From NCBI RefSeq assembly GCF_001194135.2, contig NC_068983.1, forward strand, positions 130,009,238 through 130,064,082: a stretch of 54,845 nucleotides of DNA, read 5' to 3'. This DNA is from Octopus bimaculoides. Lineage: Eukaryota. Below are positions 37,068-49,535 of the stretch, one piece after another. The translations under genes were made by a program, and so were the position numbers. Position 1 is the first letter of the stretch, and every line of letters begins with the position of its first letter. The notes under the pieces are model-generated. The model ran no database searches. It saw only the letters and a program-made list of their open reading frames with translations, and had not been told where the DNA came from.

Positions 37068-37779
37068 GCTTGGGCAGAACACAATTTCCACTTCTTCGAA
37101 ACCTTTCATTATAAACAGGCAATCTCGTCTCAATTTCATCATTTATTTTACAGGCTTATACATTCAGTTAAGAAAACATGTAAGCGTAAATATATGTCCT
37201 CGGTTAAAAGGTTGAACTGATACGGATATACGAAATATCCTGCTCTGAGAGGAGAACTGATTTCCTTTATAAAGGCGGGGAAAGTGAGCGCAAACCGTAA
37301 TCGTTAGAAGTACTTGAAATGGCAGCACTAAGGATAACCTAGTTAACAAATGTAACCAAAATTATGAGAATGTTCTCCTCTTGTTTAACTTCTTGTTTCC
37401 GATCCGCCAAATCTTGATACTGTATTAAAACCATTGTTTAGTTCACACTGTACAAACAACAGCTCGCATATTCTCTGCATCTTTCACACAAAATGCATTA
37501 CTCTGTCACCTCGCATATTAACAGATTCGGATTCCACGCAGAAGCATAGCCACTATCATTCAGCAGTCTGACAGTTCTTCTCATTTCTTCCGAATATACG
37601 TTATATTTCTAAGTTTTCTTTTGTCTTCCATTTTCCTTATGTTTTATTGTTTTCTTTCTTTCCTGTACCCTTTATTATCATTTATATTTTACATTATATT
37701 TTATATATTTTATGGCATATTTTAACATTGATGTTATATAAGTATATTTCAATATTGTTGTATATGGTATTTCATAATA

Positions 37780-38272
37780 CAGTAATCCCTCGTCTATCGC
37801 GCGTGTTACGTTCTAAAATACCTCACGATAGGTGAAAATCCGCGAAATAGAAACGGCACGTACTGTATATCTTCATTATTATTATTATTATCATAATTTG
37901 TATATATTTATTATATTATAATAGCAAAACAACACCACGCATTCGCCTCCCGAATTTCGTTTTCCATACAGTATGTCCGATTATTTTTTTACTACGTACA
38001 CTGCGTATTTTGTTTTAGTATATTTTAATTAATGTATTATACAGTGCAGTCTCTTACTGTATTTTTATTTATTAATTTATAATTTTTAGGCGTGAAGATG
38101 CTTATTTTACCATAGAAATAATTAAAATCTCAAAAAAAAAAAACAATAGAAAAACCTATCGGCTGTCGATATACTGCGGAATCTCCGATTCAAATTCACA
38201 TATATTAGGCAGAAAAACCCGCGATGTACTGATGGCACGACAGGTGAATCGTTATATGGCGATTGAGTACTG
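37780..38272. mobile_element. Tigger/pogo-like MITE
   Basis: TA-CAGTAATCCCTCGTCTATCGCG at the left and the degenerate inverted ..GCGATTGAGTACTG-TA at the right. A sub-terminal CCGCGA motif sits near both ends, and there is no coding capacity. Confidence 0.65.
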
Positions 38273-38948
38273 TACATACGTGGTAAAATTTTAATACTTC
38301 AATATCATATATACCAGGCGTTACTTGTATTTCAACAATCAGTTTTATATATTTTCTCGACTGTTAAGCAATATTTTCTTCAACATGAAGTCACATCCCT
38401 GGATTGTAGTAGATACTTGTTTCTCTTATAACATGATTCGTTTGTGTTGTTGTTTCTTCGCGCGCACGTTCATATTTTAAATTTTATTATGTGCTTTTAA
38501 ACTCTGTAACTTCCACAGCTCCCCAAACATTTTCTATCTTCTTCGGACATCTATAAAACCACCCTAAAACACCGACACCAACTTAACTCACATGCACTCT
38601 ACTTATAATACATTATGTACGAGTTTGCATATTCCTACTCATGTATCTTATTATCCCGACTTTATTTCATATTCCGTAATGAAGTAGTAGGTGCGTCACT
38701 ACTATATTTTCCTTTAACTTATTTTGTTATTTACTTTATTTTCTTTATGTTAACTCATAGTTCATATGTTCCTGCACTGTACGTTCCTGATCTAAATCGG
38801 TACACTGAAAACAAATAAATCTCATGTCTGCAGCTACAAATTTATTCAATCGAGACTTAACTCGACTAAGCCCAACATTTACTACCCATAAAATAATTTG
38901 AAGAATAATTTTGTTCATTAAGCTACAATATACGTACATGTGTACATC

Positions 38949-38990
<42 letters not shown>

Positions 38991-39996
38991 TTAGGGACAA
39001 AATCCAAAATTACAGCTAAAAAACTCAATTAAAATCAATTTATAAAAAATTAAAATTAAATTGAGCCTTATAGATAAAGTTTATATAAAATATATATAGT
39101 TTTAGGGAAAATAACCAATTTTCAAGAACTCATCGATGAAAATCCACTATCACATATAGAAAAAATTAATAAATAAAAGCACAATAAATGAGTATAATAT
39201 AAAGTAAAGTAAATATCATAAGATAAATATAATAAANNNNNNNNNNNNNNNNNNNNNNNNNNNNNNNNNNNNNNNNNNNNNNNNNNNNNNNNNNNNNNNN
39301 NNNNNNNNNNNNNNNNNNNNNNNNNNNNNNNNNNNNNNNNNNNNNNNNNNNNNNNNNNNNNNNNNNNNNNNNNNNNNNNNNNNNNNNNNNNNNNNNNNNN
39401 NNNNNNNNNNNNNNNNNNNNNNNNNNNNNNNNNNNNNNNNNNNNNNNNNNNNNNNNNNNNNNNNNNNNNNNNNNNNNNNNNNNNNNNNNNNNNNNNNNNN
39501 NNNNNNNNNNNNNNNNNNNNNNNNNNNNNNNNNNNNNNNNNNNNNNNNNNNNNNNNNNNNNNNNNNNNNNNNNNNNNNNNNNNNNNNNNNNNNNNNNNNN
39601 NNNNNNNNNNNNNNNNNNNNNNNNNNNNNNNNNNNNNNNNNNNNNNNNNNNNNNNNNNNNNNNNNNNNNNNNNNNNNNNNNNNNNNNNNNNNNNNNNNNN
39701 NNNNNNNNNNNNNNNNNNNNNNNNNNNNNNNNNNNNNNNNNNNNNNNNNNNNNNNNNNNNNNNNNNNNNNNNNNNNNNNNNNNNNNNNNNNNNNNNNNNN
39801 NNNNNNNNNNNNNNNNNNNNNNNNNNNNNNNNNNNNNNNNNNNNNNNNNNNNNNNNNNNNNNNNNNNNNNNNNNNNNNNNNNNNNNNNNNNNNNNNNNNN
39901 NNNNNNNNNNNNNNNNNNNNNNNNNNNNNNNNNNNNNNNNNNNNNNNNNNNNNNNNNNNNNNNNNNNNNNNNNNNNNNNNNNNNNNNNNNNNNNNN

Positions 39997-40045
<49 letters not shown>

Positions 40046-40854
40046 CTTTATGTACGTACGATATACTGACTTGTACAGTTATGAAGATCTAGTTTGTTTT
40101 TCGAACTCACACTTCTTTCTTTAAATACACATGTGAATAATATTTCAATTATTCAGATCTTATAGTGCCAAATGTATTATCTTTTCTGTGAATAAACATT
40201 GATTTTGTAGTAAAGAAAACAAACTAAATTTTGCATAATATTCCAATTATTAAATACTACGGCAAAGATGCTTGAAAATCAGCTGGGCCAGCTCTATTCA
40301 TGTTATGGACAAACTTTCATCTGGCCGTCTGGCCATTCCTTATTAACACACATGAAATTACAGAAAATGTTTTCTCAGTTCTACCTGTCGTCACAAGGTT
40401 ATTAAAAAGAAACTTAATTCGTTGCAAATAAATGCTGGTTAATTAAATGAAGTATTCATTTACATCCGTCAGTTTTCGAGAAATGCATATGTACATAGTC
40501 GTTGTTTATTTTTAACCCACTTATAGCAATTTAGCAATTGTTATCTTAATGTTTAGATATCGTACTGGAAATGTAGGATTATTTAGTTTCTTCTACATCA
40601 TGAGACCGACTGAAATTAACCTTCTACAATTTTTGAATCATCAGAAAAAATATATGAAAAAGCCGGCACCGGAGACTAACCAACAAATCATCTTTAATTG
40701 AAGATAACAAGTTTGTAAGTTAATAAGGAAATGAAGAATAACGACAAAGTAGCAATTTATTGAAAGAGCAGCTATGAATATGACAAAACGAGCATTATTA
40801 TTCTGATCCAATCTGATGAAAAACAAAATGCTTATCGATGGTTTGTTCGTTTTC

Positions 40855-40970
40855 ACGTTCTGAGTTCAAATGCCGCCGAGACAAGCTTCTTTTTCATTCA
40901 ATTTGTGATCGAAAAAAGATGTAGGAGTAACCAGTGGAGTACTGCAGTTGAAGATGTAGACTATAACCTC
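40855..40970 (+). mobile_element. SINE family D fragment
   Basis: ACGTTCTGAGTTCAAATGCCGCCGAG core. Confidence 0.55.
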
Positions 40971-42289
40971 CTGCGAATAATTCAGACATTCTGCATATAC
41001 CTGAAAGAACTATTGATCTGATCCAGTAGACTTGATCAGCGAGACGCCTCTAATATATTGCATTATGAATTACATAATTACAAGTATTTGCGTGTGGAGT
41101 GAATGCTAATTATATGTGACATGTTTCTCAACATATAAAAGTATTTATATTAGTACACATATCAGTATAAGGTGAAATAATCGATGTCAAAACTGCAAAC
41201 CCGCCGCTGAAGTATCGAAGCACGTATACATACATGTTCGACATCTAGTTAGATACACTCCCTTGTCATGCTAGCTGTCAGAAGAAAAGTGAATACATGA
41301 ATAATTATCCTGTTGAAAAGCTCTCCCAACCAAATTACTTTTCACTAATTACGGCAGAAAACAGAAATATCGCTGTTAGAGATTGACAGTTGTCAATGAT
41401 AATTAACGTCGAATATGGTGTGAATAATAGATTGACAAGTTATTCAATATCATAGAAATTTATTTGTGATTAATTTGCTTTACTGTTATTATCATTCCGT
41501 TAAGGCATTTCTATTTGAAACATCTGCTAAATCATAGAAGAAACATTTATTATCTCGTCTTAATATGATTTGACTCGTGTTATACAAATATGAAAAAAAG
41601 TTGGTGACTATTGATTTTGGGTTCTTTAATCACATCCATGTTCATTCTGATTTCAAATTCCAGTAAGATTGCGTCTGATTTAATTCCTTCCAGATCAATA
41701 GAATATAATAAGAGTCAAATACTACACTCGATAAACTCGGCTGTACGCATACAGTAGGTGATACGACTTTGTGGCTTAGTTAGTAATTAATGGTATGAGA
41801 CATGTGAAAGTTGCAGTATGGATGACTCAATAAAGTGGTACATTACATGTAATGACACTACGTTGTATTCTCCGTACAAAAACCGCTCTATCTAACGTTT
41901 CAGTTCATCTGTTACTGTTTCTGTAGCAACAAATTGGGAAATCCATAGGTATTTCCATTCTATCTCCTACCTGTCCCTTATCCAAAACCTGTTTCGTAGC
42001 ATGCCATTGACTCTGTTAAGAGTGATGTCGGAGTGAGTAGGAAATGTTACCAATCAGTACGGTTAGAGGTTTATTATGAAACGTACTTTAAATATGGAGA
42101 CATATTATGAGAGTCTGCTGCACAAATATTGAATACCATGAAAAACATTAATACTACATTAAAAAAAGTCTTTACTTAATTAGGCATATGATCATCTGAA
42201 AGCGTTGGAATCACGCTCATAAATGTGCAGTCTCAAGTACTCTTCTTTTAAGATCATTGTTCCTACAAGAGAATTTCAACATTTTGCAG

Positions 42290-42360
42290 ACATCTCTACT
42301 GAAAACAAATAGCAGACGAGCTCTAGAGATACCTTCAATGTCGCACTGTGACAACGACAG
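42290..42360 (+). CDS. Candidate 71-nt exon (TSLLKTNSRRALEIPSMSHCDND)
   Basis: ttcaacattttgcag acceptor, CAG|gtaacc donor and one open frame. Confidence 0.13.
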
Positions 42361-42589
42361 GTAACCCAATAGTCGGCTGTCTTCATCCTAACCAATTCGC
42401 CTAGACAGACGCGTGCACACACACACACACACATACATATACACACACGCACACAGACAGACACAGACACATATATAATGTGGAATACCGCTCACTATTT
42501 GTGTTTTCATTGATGTGGCTCAATTGGTCACTACTGTCTGATTGCTATCTTTCAGAAAGACATGTAAACACTGTCCAAGCTTTCCAGCT

Positions 42590-43175
42590 ATGCCCATATC
42601 ACATGGTTTGTGGCATATACAATGATTAACTTTATCGAATGCTGAGGATCTCTCTTTGGATCAGTTTCTCGTCTGCATTGAGGAAATTCAGATTGGAGAG
42701 ATATCGGGAGCTTCCTTTAGACTATACGCCTCTTGCTACTTTTGGTCCATACATACACAGCTCTTTTATATTGTGATCCGAAACTAATGTCAGCGTCACG
42801 TTCACATCAAGAACGATGTCCATATTGTTTTTGAAAGTGAGATTTGAAATGTTATTCACCCTAGTCGTTCTGAGTACAATTTGCTCCAAGCATAGTGTAT
42901 TGGTGAGTTTGAGCAGGGACTCCACCCGCGCATGTTAGCAATGAGTCATTCTGAGATCATGAGGCATTCGGGACTTTCGACACTGGGGAATTTGAATACA
43001 CCCATAAAAAATACGCTCACGTGGTGTTCCAGTTTCACGAAGATTTCTTTAATCGTTGCGAGGCAATCTTCAAACGTGCGTATGTGGTTTGGAGCATCTG
43101 GTGGGCGATATGTAGTGCATATGACTATATTGTCACTTCCACGGCTGTGAATAATTTATATGCTGTAGTAGAGTC
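42590..43175 (-). mobile_element. APE endonuclease fragment of a CR1/L2-group LINE
   Basis: IVICTTYRPPD, FFMGVFKFP (like MGDFNFP), LEQIVLRTTRVNNISNLTF, VSDHNIKE and LSNLNF. Confidence 0.85.
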
Positions 43176-43827
43176 AATATGTTCTTTGTCTATCTCCTTA
43201 CATTCTTGGAGATTTTAGATATAATTATACTAATATGTCCATGTGTTCTAATTTAATTAAATTCTATGTATTTGTGCAGCTGAGGATTGCACTGCATTTT
43301 AAATTGATGTAATGATTGCATTGTCAATTAAATGGAGTTGCATGAAAAGATCGTACTGCATTACCTCTGGATATCCTTGCAGATAAATTTTATTTTAATC
43401 ACCTTACTTTGAAATTGTATAGATAATATCGTACTAAATTTTGGGGCCTCAACTTAAGTACCATATTCATCTGAATCTACGATTTTGCTTATATATATAT
43501 ATATATATATACATACATACATATATATGTTTGTGTGTGTGTACATATACGTGTAGATGTTAGTATGTGTGTGTACGTAGGTAGATGTTGTGAACGCAGG
43601 TTGTTTATGACTGTGTATTGTGAGGATTTTGTTGCGTGTATTTTTTTTATCCTTTTCCATTTTCTTTTTCTATCTATTAGAGATACTTCCCCTTTATTTA
43701 ATGATTTTGTTTTTCATATCGTCTGTTGCCGTTAATGACCGACGAGAATTATTGTAGCTCGTCACGCCACATTCAAAACTCCGAGAACTCTAATGACAAC
43801 CTTTTACTGGCTGTTCTAAATTATCAT

Positions 43828-44035
43828 TTTACTTATTTCAGTCATTTGACTGCAAACAATCTGGCGCACCGCCTTTAGTCAACCAAATCGACGGCAGGAC
43901 CTGTGTTTTGCAAGCCAAATAGAATAAATATTCTAACGGTCACTTTTGCGCTACCGCTAGTTAAGGTGACGAAAACACACCAGCGTCGTTTGTCAAGGTA
44001 TGATGGGGACGAACACAGGCACACAAACATACACA
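43828..44035 (-). mobile_element. SINE 3' half (probably family E)
   Basis: TTTTACTTATTTCAGTCATTTGACTGC..GCACCGCCTTTAGTC..AAACACACCAGC..GACGAACACAGGCACACAAAC. Matches 34402-34612. Confidence 0.8.
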
Positions 44036-44100
44036 CAAACACATACACGCACACACACACACACATATATATATATACTATATTTATATATATTATATAC

Positions 44101-44145
<45 letters not shown>

Positions 44146-44147
<2 letters not shown>

Positions 44148-44464
44148 TTTAAAATTATAATACAGGGTATCTAAGAGATACCGCCACGCTGAAAACTAGC
44201 AGTCACATCTTGACTCTAAACCACAATAAATGTTCATATAGCACAAGGAGCGAAGACGAAGACAAGATAAACTAGTAAAAATAACTGGATAATTCCAGAT
44301 CTCGGATTTCTGACTTTGCATAATAAATGCTTTGCCTTCATCGGTGGAATATACTCAAGCACATAAATACAAATATATATATATATATATAAACATACAG
44401 TGTACTTACATATACGAACGTATACATACATATATATGCACGTATGTACACGACTAGCTTAAAT
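44146..44464 (-). repeat. Hammerhead-bearing unit, copy A
   Basis: Inverted match to 44787-45095 and direct match to 44568-44756 and 6653-6900. Confidence 0.95.
44292..44350 (-). ncRNA. Minimal type I hammerhead ribozyme fold (copy A)
   Basis: The reverse complement reads ATTCCA-CCGATGA-A-GGCAAAGCAT(ttatt)ATGCAAAGTC-A-GAAA-TCCGAGA-TC-TGGAAT. Confidence 0.65.
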
Positions 44465-44567
44465 TGCCCACCTAAAAACTGCTCGTGCGATATGGACAGA
44501 ATATCAGCGCAGTAAATACACTGACAAAATAAATTCATATAAATAAGTATAAGATCGATATTTAAAA

Positions 44568-44756
44568 TATTGATTTTATCAAGTGGCCAGCATGGGAATA
44601 AAACCTTCAAAGGTAACAATTATTTAAAATTATAATATAGGGTATCTAAGAGATACCACCACGCTGAAAAATAGCAGTCAAATCTTGACTCTAAACCACA
44701 ATAAATGTTCATATAGCACAAAAGAGCGAAGACGAAGACAAAATAAACTAGTAAAA
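44568..44756 (-). repeat. Hammerhead-bearing unit, partial copy B (ribozyme absent)
   Basis: Direct repeat of copy A at an offset of 475 bp. It stops 11 nt short of where the stem I arm would begin. Confidence 0.95.
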
Positions 44757-44786
44757 CTAGTATCTCACATAGCAACAAGGCTGGCT

Positions 44787-45150
44787 ATTTAAGCTAGTCG
44801 TGTACATACGTGCATATATATGTGTGTATACGTCCGTGTATGTAAGTATGCTGTTTATATACATATATTTGTATTTATGTGCTGGAGTATATTCCACCGA
44901 TGAAGGCAAAGCATTATTTATGCAAAGCCAGAAATCCGGGATCTGGAATTATCTTGTTATTTTACTGGTTTATTTTGTCTTCGTCTTCGCTCCTTGTTGC
45001 TATGTGGACATTTATTGTGGTTTTAGAGTCAGGATTTGACTGCTATTTTTGAGTGTGGCGGTATCTCTTAGATACCCTGTATTATAATTTTAAATAATTA
45101 TTACGTTTGATGGTTTTTATTCCCATGCTGGCCACCTGATAAGATCAATA
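44787..45150 (+). repeat. Hammerhead-bearing unit, complete inverted copy C (~365 nt)
   Basis: Reverse complement of A plus the extra part of B. Both of its ends coincide with the edges of the 44465-44567 spacer. Confidence 0.95.
44891..44949 (+). ncRNA. Minimal type I hammerhead ribozyme fold (copy C)
   Basis: Stem I ATTCCA/TGGAAT (6 bp), core CCGATGA, stem II GGC-aaa-GCAT/ATGC-aaa-GCC, GAAA, a 2-bp helix III and an AUC triplet. Predicted cleavage is after 44943. Confidence 0.7.
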
Positions 45151-47705
45151 GTTTTTTTTCTTGTGCTGATAGCAAAGTGCTTGACATTTTGCGCCATTAA
45201 ACTGCATATTATTCTCATCATCCCATGTATATATTCCTTTCAGGTTATTGTGCAGTCTTAGGATGCCAGTAGAACCCTGGACTGCCTGCGATACTTTTGT
45301 ATGATCGGCGTAGCTAGTGAATGTGGCTGACTCTATCGCTGAGAGCATCTCCGGAAGAGCAAGCACAATCAATTGTGGTCCCAGCAGCGTTCCTTGGGAG
45401 ACTCCACAGAGGATTGGTGTCACTTCAGAGTGAGCACTATTTGCTTCTAACAGACTGACTTCTGTTGCTTAGGAAATCATGCAGCTACCATCTCTGCCTT
45501 TTAGCGATATCGAGGTCAGGCAGTTTATGACATATCACCCCATGATCGACTTTGTCAAACGCCATGGCCAAGTTGAGATATATCACATCCACATTTGAAT
45601 GGTTGAGCTGTTGCTTTAGTATCCAGTCGAATTACTGTAGTAGCTGTGTTAGGAGCTTCGTCCAAGACGTAAACCATGTTGCGTGTCGTTAAGGATGGCA
45701 TCTTCCTCTAAGAAAATGTGCGGTCAGGTAGATATGTTTGTAGTTTATAGCATCTACTCTGTTTCCTTTGTGATCAGGGCAGATTTTTATTTCTTTTAGC
45801 GTTTGAAGAACATGTACAGCATTCAAGGGAACTCTAGAATAGCATTTGCAGTGATTTTGCAAGAGCTTTCTTGTATGTTATAACATAATTGTTGAGAGTC
45901 CATCGGTGCCTGTTGCAGGGCTCTGGTTTATCTCATCAATGTCCGACAATACATCTCCTTCTGTATTGTCAATGTAACTGATGGTCGCCTCTTTCTCTTG
46001 AAGGTTAGAGGTGTTGGAGAACTGATCAAATCTGCTTATGTTCATGTTTTCTAATGGGGAGGTGAAAACACTTTAGAATTGTTTATTAAGTACTTCACTC
46101 ATCCTCTTGGGGTCTACAGCTAGTGAGCTATATTCATCAAACAGTGGTCCTATCCTGTATCGCAGTGAGGCAGTTTATTTTACGAATTTGTAGAAGGATT
46201 TACAGTTTCTTGTCATATTTTCCACCGCCCTAGATTCTCTGTTTACCCTTTCTTTTTAATGGGAGGGTCTGATTTTATTCTTAGTCTCTAAGAGTGGAAT
46301 TTTGAGGAAGGGTTGTTGCCGTCATTAAGCTCCTTATTTAAACGAATGGAGATTTTTATCCTCCGTCTTATTAGGATTATTTTATCTAGGAGATAATGTT
46401 CTTGTGTGTAGTGGCTTTCTTTTTTGGGACTAACGTAATGGATATGGCCGGCATTATAGACGTGGTTTTATTGAATTTCATGTCAACGTATTGCTTGAAC
46501 AGACATTTAAGCCATTTTTGCTAGAGTATCTCATTGTTGATGGATTTCTAATTAGCCTTGTAGAGGTTCAGGTTGGCTAGCACTAGGGATCCAACGGTGT
46601 CTTATTATTCCTTATTTAGCTTTGGACCATATATTGACAATTCTATCATGTAATGGTCTGAGTGGTTAGATGGTGATATGTTTATGTTGTGAATAAGTTC
46701 TACATTTTTTGTGAATCAGTGATCCAGCATCTTGTTATTTCTGGTTGAGGTAAGTATGGTCAGCTCCATGAACATTGTTTACGTGTGATCTACCATAGAT
46801 TCTGCTGATTGCATTCTTTTCGTCTCAGTCCTAAGATTATGAAACCTTCGGGCCATCTTATGTTCGGGAAATAGAAGTCACCCATCAGAAGTACATTAAG
46901 GCATTGTTCTAGGGTTGTAAGTACATTTTTTGTCTTTGTAAGACATTCCTCAAATTTGCTATCGCAGGTTGGGAAGTATACTGTGCATATTACCACGTCA
47001 AGTCTCTTTAGATCTATTACAAGTGCGTCGCAGATCGCATTCGGATGCGACAGCAATGTAAGTGCTGTGACATTTTCACGGATATATATCGCAAGTCCAC
47101 CGTAACTTCTCTCATTTCTATCTGTGCTGAAAACACTGTACATTGGAACGTGTATCTCTGCGTCATGGATACCTGGAGACAGATGAGTCTTTGTGAGTGC
47201 AATGCATATAGCTATTTTGCATGCAGACACTTCTCCCATGTATGCAATATTACTCTTGCTGTTGTTTTGCAAGAGGCCTCTGATGTTCATCAGTAGACTT
47301 AATGTGATGGACAACTCGGCGACAGTGGTGGCCAACCTGGGTCCTTTATTTGTGGCGCTCTCGTTTCTGGGTGTACATGGTTTAATTTCATTTGTAGACA
47401 TTACTGCTGTGTTATCGTTTGTGCGATACTTAAAAATGTTGCTTCCCGGGTTCTGCAGTTTGAAAAACATCTGCGTACAGGTTTTCAGCAGTTTTTTTCT
47501 GTTGGTGTGCACAGGGATGTGAACTTTCCTAGGCGTGGGTGCTTATCCTGATTACCCGCTGGACAGTGGTAACTGGTATGCATTCTATCTTGCCTACGCT
47601 TTGGGTGTTTAAAGCGGCAGTGTTAGCCCTTCTGTCTATGCCAGGTGTAGTCGCTGGCATTCCGGCCACATTTTGTGAAAATAAGTCTGTGGAAATTTTC
47701 AGTTT
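45151..47705 (-). mobile_element. Large decayed CR1/L2-group LINE (ORF1 end, APE domain and RT), truncated at both ends
   Basis: ORF1-like CRFKHPK; APE motifs MNIRGL, ALTKTHL, GGLAIYIRE, LMGDFYFP, SDH; RT motifs QHGLR, VDVIYLNLAMAFDKVDHG, GVSQGTLLGP, SYADHTK, NNMQFNGAKC. Confidence 0.93.
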
Positions 47706-47708
47706 CAA

Positions 47709-47743
<35 letters not shown>

Positions 47744-47769
47744 TGAAGCAAATATTTTGCTGATCCCTT

Positions 47770-48620
47770 AATTATATTTATAAATATATGAGCTTTTGAA
47801 TAAGTTCTCCACCAATAATGGTGCTTTCATACCGATGGGCTTGGTAAAAATTATTAATTGTTAATTGAGTTATTAATTAATAAATTGATAATCCTTTACC
47901 CTTTTAATTTGTAATAATTNNNNNNNNNNNNNNNNNNNNNNNNNNNNNNNNNNNNNNNNNNNNNNNNNNNNNNNTATATACATATAGATATATATATATG
48001 ATTCATAAACTAACATACCACATTTATATGTCTGTAACATCCTGTATTGTTCATCTTTATAATAGATAATTATCATCATAATAAGGGTGTTAAGGGAAGG
48101 GAGGTTATAATATCACAAAATGTATCGAATGGATTATTCCTACGTTTCGTAGGTGTGTAATCGCTGTTGTTTCTTTGAATTGCATCGTCCCTGTGTTCTT
48201 TATCATATACATCCTCTGTTAGTTCTCTATAGAAATGTGAAAGATCGTTCGGTATTTCTTGGAGTTAGTGTGCTTTGGTGCGGTGCTGGTGTAAATTTCA
48301 GGCGTTTTGACAGAATATTAATTTCTTCTACTGAGAAATTGTTTTCGATAGGTTAATAATCTTCGATTTCTCATCTTCGGTTTGTACCATCTGGTGTCCA
48401 GAAGTCTATTGGTTGGATCTAAACATGATTTTTCAAGTTTTCTTCTTTTATAACTATTTATATATCTGGTAAGATTTTGTCTGTTAACATGTCCTATCGA
48501 TTTTGTATATTTGTTGGTCTGGATGTCGGTTGTTTCCCTGTATAACTTTTGTTTTTGAGTTGATATTTTTCTCTGTTGTATTTGTCTCCAGTTTTGGGGG
48601 AAGTTTAGTGTCCTACGCTA
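47770..48620 (-). mobile_element. Penelope-like element 5' relic (N-terminal domain and an RT fragment across the gap)
   Basis: KIINLSK..EEINILSKRLKFTPAP (like INLS..LS.EE..ILSKGLKFTPTP) and RNNPFDTFCDII. The weaker PIGMKAP at ~47820-47845 resembles the GTAIGTKAAP RT motif. Confidence 0.7.
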
Positions 48621-48954
48621 AGGCTAACGTGTTTGATTGAAGAAGTGTAGTAGTAGTACTAAACAATATATATATATATATATATANNNNNNNNNNNNNN
48701 NNNNNNNNNNNNNNNNNNNNNNNNNNNNNNNNNNNNNNNNNNNNNNNNNNNNNNNNNNNNNNNNNNNNNNNNNNNNNNNNNNNNNNNNNNNNNNNNNNNN
48801 NNNNNNNNNNNNNNNNNNNNNNNNNNNNNNNNNNNNNNNNNNNNNNNNNNNNNNNNNNNNNNNNNNNNNNNNNNNNNNNNNNNNNNNNNNNNNNNNNNNN
48901 NNNNNNNNNNNNNNNNNNNNNNNNNNNNNNNNNNNNNNNNNNNNNTATATATAA

Positions 48955-48993
<39 letters not shown>

Positions 48994-49404
48994 TATATAG
49001 TAGTTGTAACATGGTACAAGTTACACAGTAAAATATGCTCAAGAGAGGATGGATGTGCGTAAATCATAATTTTACTAAATAACGAAACCGATATAAAAGG
49101 GAAGGTTAGTGTCTTCATGTGGTGAAAGAACCTGTGATGTATAACAATGAAAAATATTATTTGATAGTGACTACAGTTTATACAATATAAAAGAATTTGA
49201 AGACTGTCACGATTGAAATGCGTGTATTCTTGTAGCTACTTGATCGGGAATATCCGGAGTGACATGAAGAAAAAGAATGCGCATAGGAAATATATCTCGG
49301 GGAGAACTTTTAGGCGATAAAATCAACGTAATATTATGCTAGTAGATAAAAATATAATGGGCTTACAGAACCTATAGCATTATCGGGGAAATATGTTTCT
49401 GTGC

Positions 49405-49535
49405 CCAAATTTCGACATGGCTAACTTTGACGTTTATTCTTTCGGGATTGATAAAATAGGTACTAGTGAAATACAATGCTTGATGTAATCGACTATCCCA
49501 TAACCGCAAAAGCTGCTGGTCTTATATCAGAATTT
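49405..49535 (+). mobile_element. SINE family D 3' fragment
   Basis: TTTCGGGATTGATAAAATAGGTACTAG..TGATGTAATCGACTA..TTTGAAAC. Confidence 0.55.

Noticed and set aside
38990-39236. AT-rich segment that may be another PLE terminal repeat
   Set aside because: No motif or second copy is visible in the window, and it is cut by a gap.
44146-45150. CRISPR-like or satellite interpretation of the repeats
   Set aside because: The units are hundreds of bases long, one is inverted, and there is no repeat-spacer periodicity or cas gene in this eukaryotic context.
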